A program made the translations under genes and the position numbers. 64,000 nt of DNA from Schizochytrium sp. TIO01 (lineage: Eukaryota > Protista > Bigyra: Labyrinthulomycetes): contig SMSO01000031.1 in NCBI GenBank assembly GCA_004764695.1, forward strand, positions 4,998,436-5,062,435. The letters are read 5' to 3'. Below, in pieces: positions 1 to 10,949 of the stretch (position 1 is its first letter; the number at the start of each line of letters is the position of its first letter). The notes below the pieces were generated by a model. It did no database searches and had not been told where the DNA came from. It saw nothing but the letters and a program-made list of their open reading frames with translations.

Positions 1-1997
1 TTGTAGTTGTGATTGTTTACTTTTACTTCCCCGAGAGAATGACTTGTTACGCTTTTTCTTATTGAAGGTACTACCCAGGCATCTTTTTATTTCTTTTCCA
101 TCTTTCTTTTTCTTTTTCTTTTTTTTTCAATTCAAAGGTTCATAAGTAGGCCTATTATTTATTATTATTAATATTTGTTTTAATCTCAATGATCAATAGG
201 TAGGCCTAGATAATAATCAAAACTTAAAATTAAGAGATGCAAATGAAGAAGAATTCGATCTCCAGAGAATTCTAGGATCTATTGAAAACGTTACACTAGT
301 TATCTTGTATCCTCAAAGAGAAGGAATCATCCTATGTACTCAGATCTTTAACAACCATGCCATCAGAGCCATCCATGCCATTCATATTTATGTCATGAAA
401 ATCAAGCAAGCCAAGCAGCCAGTGCACGAGGGGGGGGGGGCTCGTTGTTCAAGCTCATGCAAGCTGGTGGCTGAGGTTGAATTGAAGATAGACCCGATTG
501 GAAAGCGAGAACTTCGCATTGCCATTGATTGAATGGATACAATCAATGCGGCCTGCAGATTCGCAACGCGATCATTTCATTTTCAATCTGCAGAGGCACT
601 ATTTTGCGAGACCTGATCTTTCAAGAATCCTATCGTTGAGAAAGGGAGAAGGAGCTTGGCAATAAAAGAGTATACCCATAGCAACGGAGATTTACAGAGA
701 ATGCTTCATGATCCTCTTCGCAACCAACGGAATGCTGACCAAAACAGGCACTCGTAATTTGCAACTGAGCGCAGTGCACAACAAGCTTCGCTTGAATACC
801 ACTCGCTCTGCGGATTTTTTATATGAAATGAAACTCACGAGACCCTCAATCACATTGCAAAAAGCAAGCAGGTTGCAACACAATCTGATAAGTATCCTAG
901 CTATCCTAAGGTTCTGACTGGATCAACGAAGATGTGATTACCAATACTAAGACTTAAACGCCAGACGCCAATTAAGTGACAGGTATTGTAGCGTGCAGAG
1001 CATCTTCACGACATTCTATTATCGATTTCTCAAACTAATCGATTTATTTCAGATTCTGTCAAAGCTGGCTTAGCAGGCGAATGCCAAAGGTTAGCTATAG
1101 CAAGCAATGCTGGACCTCGAGACGCAGGTGGGCTCTTTGTGTCTCTTGATAGCTACAAAACTTTTCATAAAACAAAGAAAAATCTGTCGGTAGGAACAGC
1201 TTTCACGGTGCAAACGAATAGAATCCGAAACTCTAATAACAATGCCCTCAAAACACACAAGAACCTAGCAGGTGGTCAGGCTCTATAGTTTAGCTTACTC
1301 TGGCTTAACAAACCAAAATGTGAAAATCTATTTCCATGGGACCTAGTAGGTATCTGTCCAAAATCTTTCGGGAATTTGTTTCTAAACCCAATCTGCAGCA
1401 ACCAAAGTACAAATGAGACGACATTTGGTAACAAGTTTGAATAGAACAGAAGTTTTATAGACAATTGTTGCTGTCGAGCCCACTATTTCAAAGTTGTCGA
1501 CGAAATCCATACATAATTTATTCAGATTTCTTGTTTGCAAATCACCTGCGCCTCCTGATGTGCCGTAACGAAACCTCCGTTTATTTGTTCGTCTCAAAAC
1601 TTGAAGTTTCATTATTACACACTACCTAGTTCGCCCCCTGAAGTAATTTTATTTTGTCCATAGTTTCCATTTGTTGTTACCCATTTCGTGATTCAGATGG
1701 ACCGCGAGGCCTCTAGTTACATAGTATACATATATACTCATTCTTTAACAATGCCTGTGATTCTGAGATGCGTGAGACCTGCTTACGCGATATACCGCCC
1801 TTCCGAGGACCTGCAAATGGCAGCGCCATCGCTGCAAAGCACACCACAAAATTACTAACGGCAGTGGCGAGTACTATTATTTCTTGATCGTTCATTACTA
1901 TTTGTTTAAAAAAAGTTTGTTTTTTTAAAGTAAGTTCTTACTAGTAATGTACTTACGGTGCCTATCACCTACATAGTGTATTTCTCTATTAAATGTT

Positions 1998-2025
1998 TCA
2001 ATCAATCAATCAATCAATCAATCAA
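1998..2025. repeat. (TCAA)7 microsatellite
   Basis: Perfect tetranucleotide run read directly from the sequence. Confidence 0.9.
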
Positions 2026-5000
2026 ATGAATTGAAATAAGATGAAATGAAGATGGAGTTGAAGTTAATGAAGATTGATTCCAAGGCCGATTCCAAAGTGC
2101 CAGCAAGGGAAGAGAAGGGAAGCACATACCAGCAATGACCCTCTCAGGAGTGCATCATTCACTTCAGCTGTTGCCACACTGAGCGAGAAGGAGCCACGGT
2201 AGGTATGTAGCTTATCAACCGAAATGGAGCAATGCATGATTTGGTATGGCTTCTTTTGTGCATCGATTGCTTCATCCATCCAATCTTGGAACATTTCGCC
2301 TATGGAAAGAAGAGGTTTGGTGAGCTGGAGATAGATAGATAGCTAGATATTATTTGCCTTCTGTGCTCATCGCGGAGGCCTCGGCGCACCTCGAGAAAGC
2401 AGACGAATCATGAGACATCTCGTTCCGAAGTCAAGAGAATCAATCTACTTAGTGGTCTCGAAACTAAATCAAAAGAGCCCAATCGCCATGGCCACTCATT
2501 TGAGATGCATGTTTGCGTCGCGACAGAAGGCCTCTCCATGAAAAGCAAGATGATCTCATAAACGCAAATGGCCGATGTACATACTGCGCATACGAATGCA
2601 AGTATTCGCAATCCATGAAACCGACGGGTTTCTCATCGGTGCAAACAGAAATCGTCGCCAAACAAAGACCTTAGCAACGGTCGTGGCTCTTGAGGAGAAG
2701 ATGATAACTCGAGTTAACTTGGAGGTCCAAATCGTGTCTATAATCTACCAAAGCCTTCATGAATGGACGGGTTGTTAGTATGACAAATATAAGAAATCAC
2801 AGCCTTTCCTCGCTCAAAACGCTGCGCTACTTCCAAGCGGTTGAAGCGGAGGATCGACCAAGGCTGCCGATGGCGAGATCTCGAACTGTGGCATGCAGGA
2901 CAAAACTCACGTCTTCAAATTGAGAGAGAAGTGATGGCCATAGTTGAATGGCAAGTGGCGAGATTGAGATTCTCGTAGCTAGGTACTTGGATACTACTTA
3001 CCTAATGGATAGGTAGTACATAGCAAAGTGGGCAGAGGGAATAGATGCAAACTTAAAGCCCGGTTTGCCACAGGAACATCAGATAAAAGAGCCCAAGTGT
3101 ATCAGGAATAATTGGCCTCGTGCCTCGAAGGCTGGCATGGAAAGAGGGAGGTCCTTTATGGAATAGTTCACATCTCATGCGAAAGCTGTCTTTGACATCG
3201 TGGCTGTTTTTTGTTTTGTTTTATAAGTTCAACACTAAAAAGAAGAAGAAAGGTATTTTTAATTTTTATTTAAAGAAAAAAAATGGAAGTTGGCCTTTTT
3301 TACTCTTCTTTTTTTTTTTTTTTATGAACTTTAGTGAATGGCACGACTCGAGGGGGGAAAGCAACGATGTCGTTGCTAGTTGGTTCACTTTGGAATGTAG
3401 TTGTAGGTACATTCTGAATAGAGAGGCTACACGATTCAATCACTGCGCTGGACCGAGCTTCGAAGGCTGCGTAGGAAATGCTGTGCTGCTTTCAACAAAA
3501 ACAGCTTCTTCTTTCTAATTATAAAGGTAATTCGGAGCTTTCCTGTCGATGGCAGCAAGAGCGCAAGCTTAATGCACATCGACTTTCCTTCCTTTCATGG
3601 TTTGGTACACCCCTCCCCCATTTCGAAAGTTTACATCGTGTGCTGGAAGAACCTTTTTATTCAAGGAGCAACCTTAGTGAAAGATCAACTTCAAAAGACC
3701 TTCGAGCAGCACTTGAAATACTGAATCGGCACCGCCGTTACCTTTGAGCACAAAAGGAAAACAGTAGGAAAGATTATCGACTCTAGGTGCGAGTTGAAGG
3801 TACAACAATGCGAGTTAGCACCACAGAACATTGGCAGGTGCGCCAGGCTTGGAGTTCGAAGACGAATGTGCAACTTCAAGGGCGATCCATCGATTGCAAA
3901 GCTGACTTAGCAGGTGCAGATGCTGGAGCGATTGATCTCGCCTCCGAAGTTTTGAACTGCTCAGGGCATGGCCCTACTATGCTTGAGCGTCAGCGCAGAT
4001 TTTGTTGGAATCAGTTTACTGTTGGAGGAACGACAGCAGACTCCAAATTAAGGCTTAACTATATAAAGAATGATACAGCTGCGTCAACTCCTCAAAGCCA
4101 ACGAAAACTAGTCACGGGCCACGGGCAGTTAATTAATGAGATGGAAGTCACTGAAATGGAATGCAGTATCTCTATCTAGCAGTCAGAAAGACAAAAAGGA
4201 AAAATTAATTATGTTGTCTTATGTGATAGACGGATTAGAAACTTACGATAAGTGGTCGGCTCAGAAATCTTTCCTCTTGGGGCACCTCAGAATCCAAGAT
4301 GTCTCTTCGGGAAGTGATTTTTCCGTTTTTTCACGTGCGAGAAAGAGTTGCATGTGTTTATCTTTTCTACAAGGCAACAGAGGTAGTAGAAGGGAAAGGA
4401 GCAAGGAAGAATAGGCCCGTTCAGACTAGCCAAGTAATCAAATTTACTATTTCATGTTACAAGGCATCATCTTAAGGTAAAAGCATAAGCAGAATGTTAA
4501 TTGAAATGAAGAGTAGAAGATATATATATATATAGATGTGTGCTGTTTGATGGAATTCCGCTTGCATAAAAAGAGATTGAAAATGCCTTTGTTGTAGCCT
4601 CAGCAAATAAATATCCTGCTCTTTGAAACAAGTGCATAGTATATGACTGAGTTTCGACTGAGCCTTGAGGACATGAAAAAAATTCCACGGTATTCTGATT
4701 CACTCCGAAATGGAAAGTCCTGGGAGCGACTACGAAGGACATCTGAGCATGCGACCAAAATGCACCAAAAACACAAACTACCTCACGCCTGAATCAAATT
4801 CGCAATTAGCCTCATTTAATGTTTATATTGTTCTTCTGTGCTCTCCCCTGGGACTGCGTCTTCTCTCACAGTCGGATGTTCCATCAGGAAGCAGGAGCGC
4901 CTCGCGATGAATTGATATCTCTGTGCACGCGAGGCTACGAAAAGCTGGATTGTGCTTGGTTGGCCTTCTTGTTGTGATTGCCATATAAACCACAGGACTA

Positions 5001-5224
5001 CTCTGACCACCAAGCGTAGCAGTGCTTACTCCTATCACTACGGCGTTCCCGGTGGTGCTTAAACTTGCGTTGTATTAGTATTCGCTAGGGTGGCCTTAGC
5101 TAGGTGGACGCTGCTGCGAAAGAGACCAAAGAAGAACAATGAGAGAGAAGTGCGTGCAATCAGTATTGCGTCGAGAGAAAGCAAGCTTGACGCGCGCGAA
5201 CCTGAGAAGTTTATCATTGTGAGG

Positions 5225-6007
5225 ATGATAGCTAGGCTTGCTCGTGGAGCCACTGTAGCTTGTACGGGGCTGTTGACTTCGTACTTGGGGGTGAGGTTTG
5301 CCGAAGATCAGGACATCTTGCATGTACCGCGGCTCAGCTCACCTCTGCTGCTTGGCGTCTCTTCGGGCTACGTAGCGATTGGCGCAGGAAGTGCGTTTTT
5401 TGGCAACTGTGAGCAAGTTCTAATCAAAGATGGCTTTGTACGCGGCATGGTTCTACAAGGATATGCGCAGAAGACGACATGGGCAAAGAAAGTTACAATC
5501 CGCGGAGAAGACCTGGAGCCCATTGTCAAGAGCATGATGCGCACAGAGCCTTTCAACAAGCTCACGCGTCTTCAAGCAAGCCCAAATGGTTTTAAGCAAG
5601 CCACGTATGGCATGGTGCGTCAAACTGAGGTGTACGAGGCTCTCATGCGCGAGGTTACCCCATTCGCCCGCAGCGAAAAGATCGTTGCGGATAGACTACG
5701 CGACACGCTAGTGGAATCTGCTGAGGCAGCTGTGCGTAGGCAGATTTACTCGCAGCAATCCGTGTTTTTCACAACCATTGTTGCAACTATGTTTGTGGCA
5801 TCGCTCGTCATTGTAGGACTTGACCATGCGTTTCCTGTGCCCCCACCTATTCACCCCTTTCGCAGGAGCGACACTCAAGAAAAGGGAGCAAAGACACAAG
5901 TTCAGGGGGTCACCGTGCAGTCAACTTCACCGGTAGTCCCTGTGGAAGGCTCTGTCAAAATCTTGGCACCAGAACCCACAAACAAACAAGGTGAGACAAG
6001 CTTATAA
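5225..6007 (+). CDS. Hypothetical membrane protein, ~260 aa, two hydrophobic regions
   Basis: Long ORF (5090-6007 in the track, which starts at GTG). First in-frame ATG is 5225 (MIARLARGATVAC..., Arg-rich and possibly a mitochondrial presequence). C-terminal TM segment SVFFTTIVATMFVASLVIVGL. No family recognised. Confidence 0.65.
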   Translation: MIARLARGATVACTGLLTSYLGVRFAEDQDILHVPRLSSPLLLGVSSGYVAIGAGSAFFGNCEQVLIKDGFVRGMVLQGYAQKTTWAKKVTIRGEDLEPIVKSMMRTEPFNKLTRLQASPNGFKQATYGMVRQTEVYEALMREVTPFARSEKIVADRLRDTLVESAEAAVRRQIYSQQSVFFTTIVATMFVASLVIVGLDHAFPVPPPIHPFRRSDTQEKGAKTQVQGVTVQSTSPVVPVEGSVKILAPEPTNKQGETSL

Positions 6008-6473
6008 TCGAACTTGAACCGACAATATTGGGCAAAAAGATACGAGAAAAACACTTGTAGGGTGTTGATTATTGTTTCCAATTTGGGGGGTTGTGTTGTG
6101 TATGCTGAGCTCGTATTCACTCGGTTATCTTGTTGAGGAAAGGTGACTCTCCTCAAGCAACTGGGAAGTTCCTCTTTTTCTGAAAACCCAAGACGAAGAA
6201 TGTACATATTTGTTTAGACTAAGTCATGAACCCACTTCGATTCATTTCCTCCGTCAATTACTACTCATGTATATAGTATTATTATATTCTTGTGATCTTC
6301 TGGAGTGTAGTGAAGCCTTCAGCAACAATTCCAAAGTGCCTCGTGAATACCAAATGGAACTGCTTTTACTTCTGCTTCTGCTTCTGCCTCTGTCCAATTT
6401 TTTGTTTCTATTTTGAGAATTGTCAAGTGGGAGAATCACGTATTACCTTGAATCCTCACAAGTGGAAGGTGCT

Positions 6474-7193
6474 TCACTTCTTACGGCTTTGATGAAACGT
6501 TGATGCCGGCTCGACTCCAAAGCCTCGTTTAGCACGCAGCTGGTCGGATGCTTGCTTCTTCTGCATACGTGAATTCGACAGCATCCCAGAAATGGCTGTA
6601 CTTCGCGTTTGACCCATGAGTTGGAGCATGGTGCGCTCTGCAAGCTCAAGATTCTCCTTCACGCTTTTCATTGTTTTTTCACGGTCCTCCAAACGTGCAC
6701 AAAGTGGAGAATATTGCTTATTGATTCGCTCAAGCTCCTTGTCAATCCAATCAATATTTGTACGATCTTCCTCCATTGATTCTCCACATACTTTGCGCCT
6801 TAATTTAAGGTTGCTTACCATCTTGTCTAATGCTTCAATCTGTTTTTCGGAATTATTCAATTGATACAGTCTTACAATTAGTATACCGTATATCTATCAC
6901 TGAGCGCCTCTTCGTAAGCCGAGAACAGATGAGAACCTCATGGATTGATCGCACAAGTTTTCCTTGGCCAATAGAAATCTCCAGCAACACTTCTGCTACT
7001 GAAGCCCGACTTACGAAAACATTGTGCCATATAAATGGACCTAACCTCAACCTATCTCAGGCAAGGTATTTGACCAAGTACTTACCCTTCGCTTTGCATG
7101 CTCTGGTCCATTGCTCGCATTCTTGATGCGCTCCAAAAGCTCACGCTTCGCATCATCAAGCTCCTCAACACTTGCCTCGCTATCCGAATCCAT
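6474..7193 (-). CDS. Two-exon small coiled-coil protein (~157 aa); exons 7193-7086 and 6839-6474
   Basis: Exon 1 MDSDSEASVEELDDAKRELLERIKNASNGPEHAKRR ends at AGG|GTAAGT. The intron has TACTAAT and ends AAACAG|ATT, joining in phase 0 to IEALDKMVSNLKLRRK...; heptad-like E/K/L/R composition. Confidence 0.75.
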
Positions 7194-7359
7194 TGTGATA
7201 ACTCGTGCGATGGCGTCTTGTCAACCTTTCTTCGGAAGACTTGAAACTCTATGCTGAGTTGAGTGCAAGCACAACCTTGGTGGAACTCGACTTTGTATAG
7301 ATTTTGCATGGCGCACGGAGCTATTGTTGGCTCAACGGATAAATACGGAAAACTCGAAA

Positions 7360-7395
7360 ATAAGAATAAGAATAAGAATAAGAATAATATAAGAA
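7360..7395. repeat. (AATAAG)n microsatellite
   Basis: About five tandem AATAAG units, visible directly. Confidence 0.75.
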
Positions 7396-7830
7396 TAGAT
7401 AGGGTATTTTTGAGTATAATTTACGCTGCAGAGCTGGTGTGGTGCCTGTGCGAATACATGCGAGATGAGTGTAATTAAATGCGATTATAAAGCTGTTGCA
7501 TCATCATTTGGAAGTTATAGCATTCGTATATTCCCATTGTTGGTTGTTAATATTAGTGAGGGCCGGTTCAGAAGAGAAAGGAATTACAGTTCTAAGAGTG
7601 TCAAGTTCGCTGTTCACGACAAAACATGAAAATCGAATTTAAAAAATTAAAGATCATAGTTGCACACTCTTGAGCATTAGTAGGCAGAATTTCTGACCCA
7701 CGGTAAAGACAGCAGTGCACTATATCAAGAGCATATTGCACGCAAGCTTGGGCAAGCTACTCACTCAAGCAGCGTGAGCCTTGTGCTGCGTAGAACCTCA
7801 GCTCTTTGACTTTGTGGTATTCATGTTGCA

Positions 7831-10605
7831 ATGTCCACTATTTCTGCTCGCACAGCAGCAGGATGGGGTTTCCCGTTTTTGTTCGCATGGATTATTGCAG
7901 CTCTTCAGCTTGCTTATGTATCTATGCTACCGCATGCAGTTGGAGCTCAGGTTCAATCCACAGCATTGTGGTTAGCAGATGAAGTTTCTTACTTGTACTT
8001 CGCGGCTGGTGTTTGCGGTATGATTGTGATAGGCCATGTCCTTGACATGCGCTATTGGAAACAAAAAGCAGCTCGAAGAGTGAAGCATGTTTGGTATGCT
8101 TTGACTTCAGCAGTAGCTCTTGTTGGTGTTTTCACTGCCTCCAAAGTCTTTAGCGCTGCAATTCTTCTCACAGTTATGGTCGTACATGCAATTATTTCGG
8201 GTGTCGTTTCCTATTCTATATGCCACGTGCTTCGTTGTACCGGTCCAGAGATTCCACGCTCATTCGGCCGTACTCAAGTCTTTTGCGGCATCATTACACT
8301 ATTTGCATTCGTGTACTTTATTACTTCGACAGGAACAGAGGAAGAGAATTGTGGCACGTCCACCTATTGGTCCAACATTCTCATGCGTGAGTGGGCCTAC
8401 TTCGAGGTTGGATGTCCCCTCGAAATCGAAATTACCCCAAACACAGGAGTTGCTACTTCGTATGAATGTACCTGGAGGAGTGCATGTTCCATATCCAATC
8501 ATACTTACGATCAAGAAAATGTACCATCAGGAACATATACAAATGATGATGGGTTTTGCATATCACGCGCACATGATCTTCTCGTTGATATTGCAAACGA
8601 TTTACTTCGTGACGAAGGTATGATAGCAAGTAATGAAAGTGCGTTAATTATCTCACCCTATTCAGATACGGCTAGTGCTATCGCCGAAGCACCAAGCGAT
8701 ATCAACAGACACTACCTGCTAAATTTTACAAATGGGGCTGATCTTTCAATCTGTTTATACCACAATATGTCTGTTTTCGCGCGAGTTCGCAGCCGGTATC
8801 ATGGCTGTACAAATGCCTTTTTACTATGGATGGGCCCGTTTGTTCTAGGGCTCTTTGCATTATGGATTGGTGCTGGTACAATGGTTGTGATTGTGTCTGA
8901 CAAAAATGACGCGAAAAATTATAATCGATCTGATCTCAGTCGGAAAATTCTAAGCCGGGCAACAATCGTCTGTCTACTGTTCATGTGGATTGGTGCGAGT
9001 ATAGGAGGAGCAGACATGGATCTCGCCAAGTTTGTCATGACTGTATCTGCTTCAGCGCTTATTTTGCTTTTTGTTGGCTATATTACAATTCACGGATCAG
9101 GAGGTATTCGCGAGGCTCTAAGGGGAAGCAAATTTGCCAAGCGTATTGCCCCAATGATCGTCTCTGATTGGGGTCTTGGTCTCATGTTTCTCTGTCTGTC
9201 ACCATGCTTCATCGTATACATATTCATGAGTATTCCTTGTCAATTTATGCGCCGTGTAAATCCGTTTGGATGCAATCGTAGCCTTGAACCTGAGTTCAAA
9301 AATCATATTTTAACCAAAGGTGTTCAGATGAACCTAGCGCGGGCGCGGGAGGTTAACTGGACGTCTGTTCTCTCAAAGCTCATTATTTTGGGACTGTTGT
9401 TCATGAGCCTTAACGTCTTTGTAAGTAAATTTACTTCGGTAGGCCTCAGTGCGCTAAATGATTGGATACGAGAGCAAAACTTCTCCATGACCCAGATCAC
9501 ATTAGTTTTTTTCGGAGTTGGCATGTTTGGATTCTTGAACCCCATGATCCCAGGCCCGCCAATCTACGTTTCCGGCGGCATCTTACTTGTTGAGGGGACA
9601 CGAGATCTATTCGCAAGTATGGTCAATGATAATTCAGAAATTGGCTACTGGATAGCAATTGCCTACACAATCGGAGTTTGTATGCTTTTGAAAATGGTAG
9701 CTATCACGGTTCAACAAAAGCTTTTTGGAGAAGTCATGGGAAGATATATTTCGATCCGGCGCTTTATTGGAGTGAATACTGTTGGTTGCCGTGCTATAAA
9801 GTTGATTCTTCAGGATAAAGGCCTCACTTTACGCAAAGTTTTCATTCTTTGTGGTGGCCCAGACTGGCCAACCTCAGTCACCACTGGTATTTTAGGCCTT
9901 CCTCTGCTCTCCATGCTCATTGGTTCACTCCCAATTGTATTACTTATTGCACCATCTGTACTTGCCGGTGCTTTTCTCCTCCGTACGTCAGAGAGCTCTA
10001 TCTGGAGCTCTGTCAGTCTCTTAGCAGTTGGCTTTAGTGTGATTGTGCAGTCTGGCAGCATGCTTGGTGCGATGCATGTCATTAGTAAAGTGGCGATAGA
10101 AAGAGAAGCTGAGCTTGCAGATATGCCACCAGATCAAGAAGTATTAGATTATACAGAGAAGACTGAACATCGAAATGCAATTCTTGCACATGTAAAGAAT
10201 TGGAATCGCATGGGGTTCCCTTTAAGTTTGCGAATCATTCTCATAATCGGTGCTTTTTGTATGATCATTTCATTTGATTTGGCTGTAGGTATGGGCTCAT
10301 ATTGTTTTCAAAGTTTTAGTGTCTCAGATTCTATTGAGGAGGAACTCGGAGGAGACCCATTGGCTTTAATAATTTGGCCTATGGGTCACATATGCCTTCT
10401 CCTGTTTGCAATATCAATCGTTTGTCTCCTTTCTGCAAATTGTGCATTCAATTGTTTGGTATCTCGTGCAATCAAAGTTGCACCTCTTGCCGCGTCTGAA
10501 CCAAATCAGTCTGCTCCAAAACCTAACAGAAAGGCATCTCTAATGGAAGATCTTCAGCATCTTCAAGAAGTTTCCAAAAATGATTTCGAAGAAGAAATAA
10601 GCTAG
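7831..10605 (+). CDS. Large polytopic membrane protein (924 aa) with Cys-rich exoplasmic loop and C-terminal DedA/VTT (SNARE-associated)-like region
   Basis: Single 924-codon ORF with many hydrophobic helices. Motifs FLNPMIPGPPIYVSGG and LCGGPDWPTSVTTGILGL resemble the re-entrant-helix motifs of DedA/VTT proteins. Family assignment is tentative. Confidence 0.8.
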   Translation: MSTISARTAAGWGFPFLFAWIIAALQLAYVSMLPHAVGAQVQSTALWLADEVSYLYFAAGVCGMIVIGHVLDMRYWKQKAARRVKHVWYALTSAVALVGVFTASKVFSAAILLTVMVVHAIISGVVSYSICHVLRCTGPEIPRSFGRTQVFCGIITLFAFVYFITSTGTEEENCGTSTYWSNILMREWAYFEVGCPLEIEITPNTGVATSYECTWRSACSISNHTYDQENVPSGTYTNDDGFCISRAHDLLVDIANDLLRDEGMIASNESALIISPYSDTASAIAEAPSDINRHYLLNFTNGADLSICLYHNMSVFARVRSRYHGCTNAFLLWMGPFVLGLFALWIGAGTMVVIVSDKNDAKNYNRSDLSRKILSRATIVCLLFMWIGASIGGADMDLAKFVMTVSASALILLFVGYITIHGSGGIREALRGSKFAKRIAPMIVSDWGLGLMFLCLSPCFIVYIFMSIPCQFMRRVNPFGCNRSLEPEFKNHILTKGVQMNLARAREVNWTSVLSKLIILGLLFMSLNVFVSKFTSVGLSALNDWIREQNFSMTQITLVFFGVGMFGFLNPMIPGPPIYVSGGILLVEGTRDLFASMVNDNSEIGYWIAIAYTIGVCMLLKMVAITVQQKLFGEVMGRYISIRRFIGVNTVGCRAIKLILQDKGLTLRKVFILCGGPDWPTSVTTGILGLPLLSMLIGSLPIVLLIAPSVLAGAFLLRTSESSIWSSVSLLAVGFSVIVQSGSMLGAMHVISKVAIEREAELADMPPDQEVLDYTEKTEHRNAILAHVKNWNRMGFPLSLRIILIIGAFCMIISFDLAVGMGSYCFQSFSVSDSIEEELGGDPLALIIWPMGHICLLLFAISIVCLLSANCAFNCLVSRAIKVAPLAASEPNQSAPKPNRKASLMEDLQHLQEVSKNDFEEEIS

Positions 10606-10949
10606 GACATGATATACGCTCAGGAGAAGCCCATAAGAACAACGATTAAACCGTATACAATCATGTTGCAGTCTTTGTCATCATATTTGTAGTCATAGAA
10701 GGAGTCGATGATTCCTTTAAAGTCTAATAATCGGTGGGTATCAGTGTAATCTCTAAAGAAAATTATTTGTCAAATTTCACTTTCTTTATTACTGCGAACC
10801 GTTCCTACATACTCCTTTAGGCTGTAATTATCATGACTGAAAACTTTACGGGCTTCATGTTATGCAAGTAGTATAGACCAGTCATAAACTAGAAGAAGAG
10901 AAGTTGAGATATATATTGAATAGTGGTAAAGAAGTGGAAAAGCAGTAGA

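Noticed and set aside
2064-2294. Possible Tc1/IS630 transposase remnant (..SVWQQLK* in one minus frame)
   Set aside because: Too short and weak; no DDE context or terminal inverted repeats seen.
3120-3518. 132-aa ORF with poly-K/poly-F
   Set aside because: Artefact of A/T homopolymer tracts in intergenic DNA.
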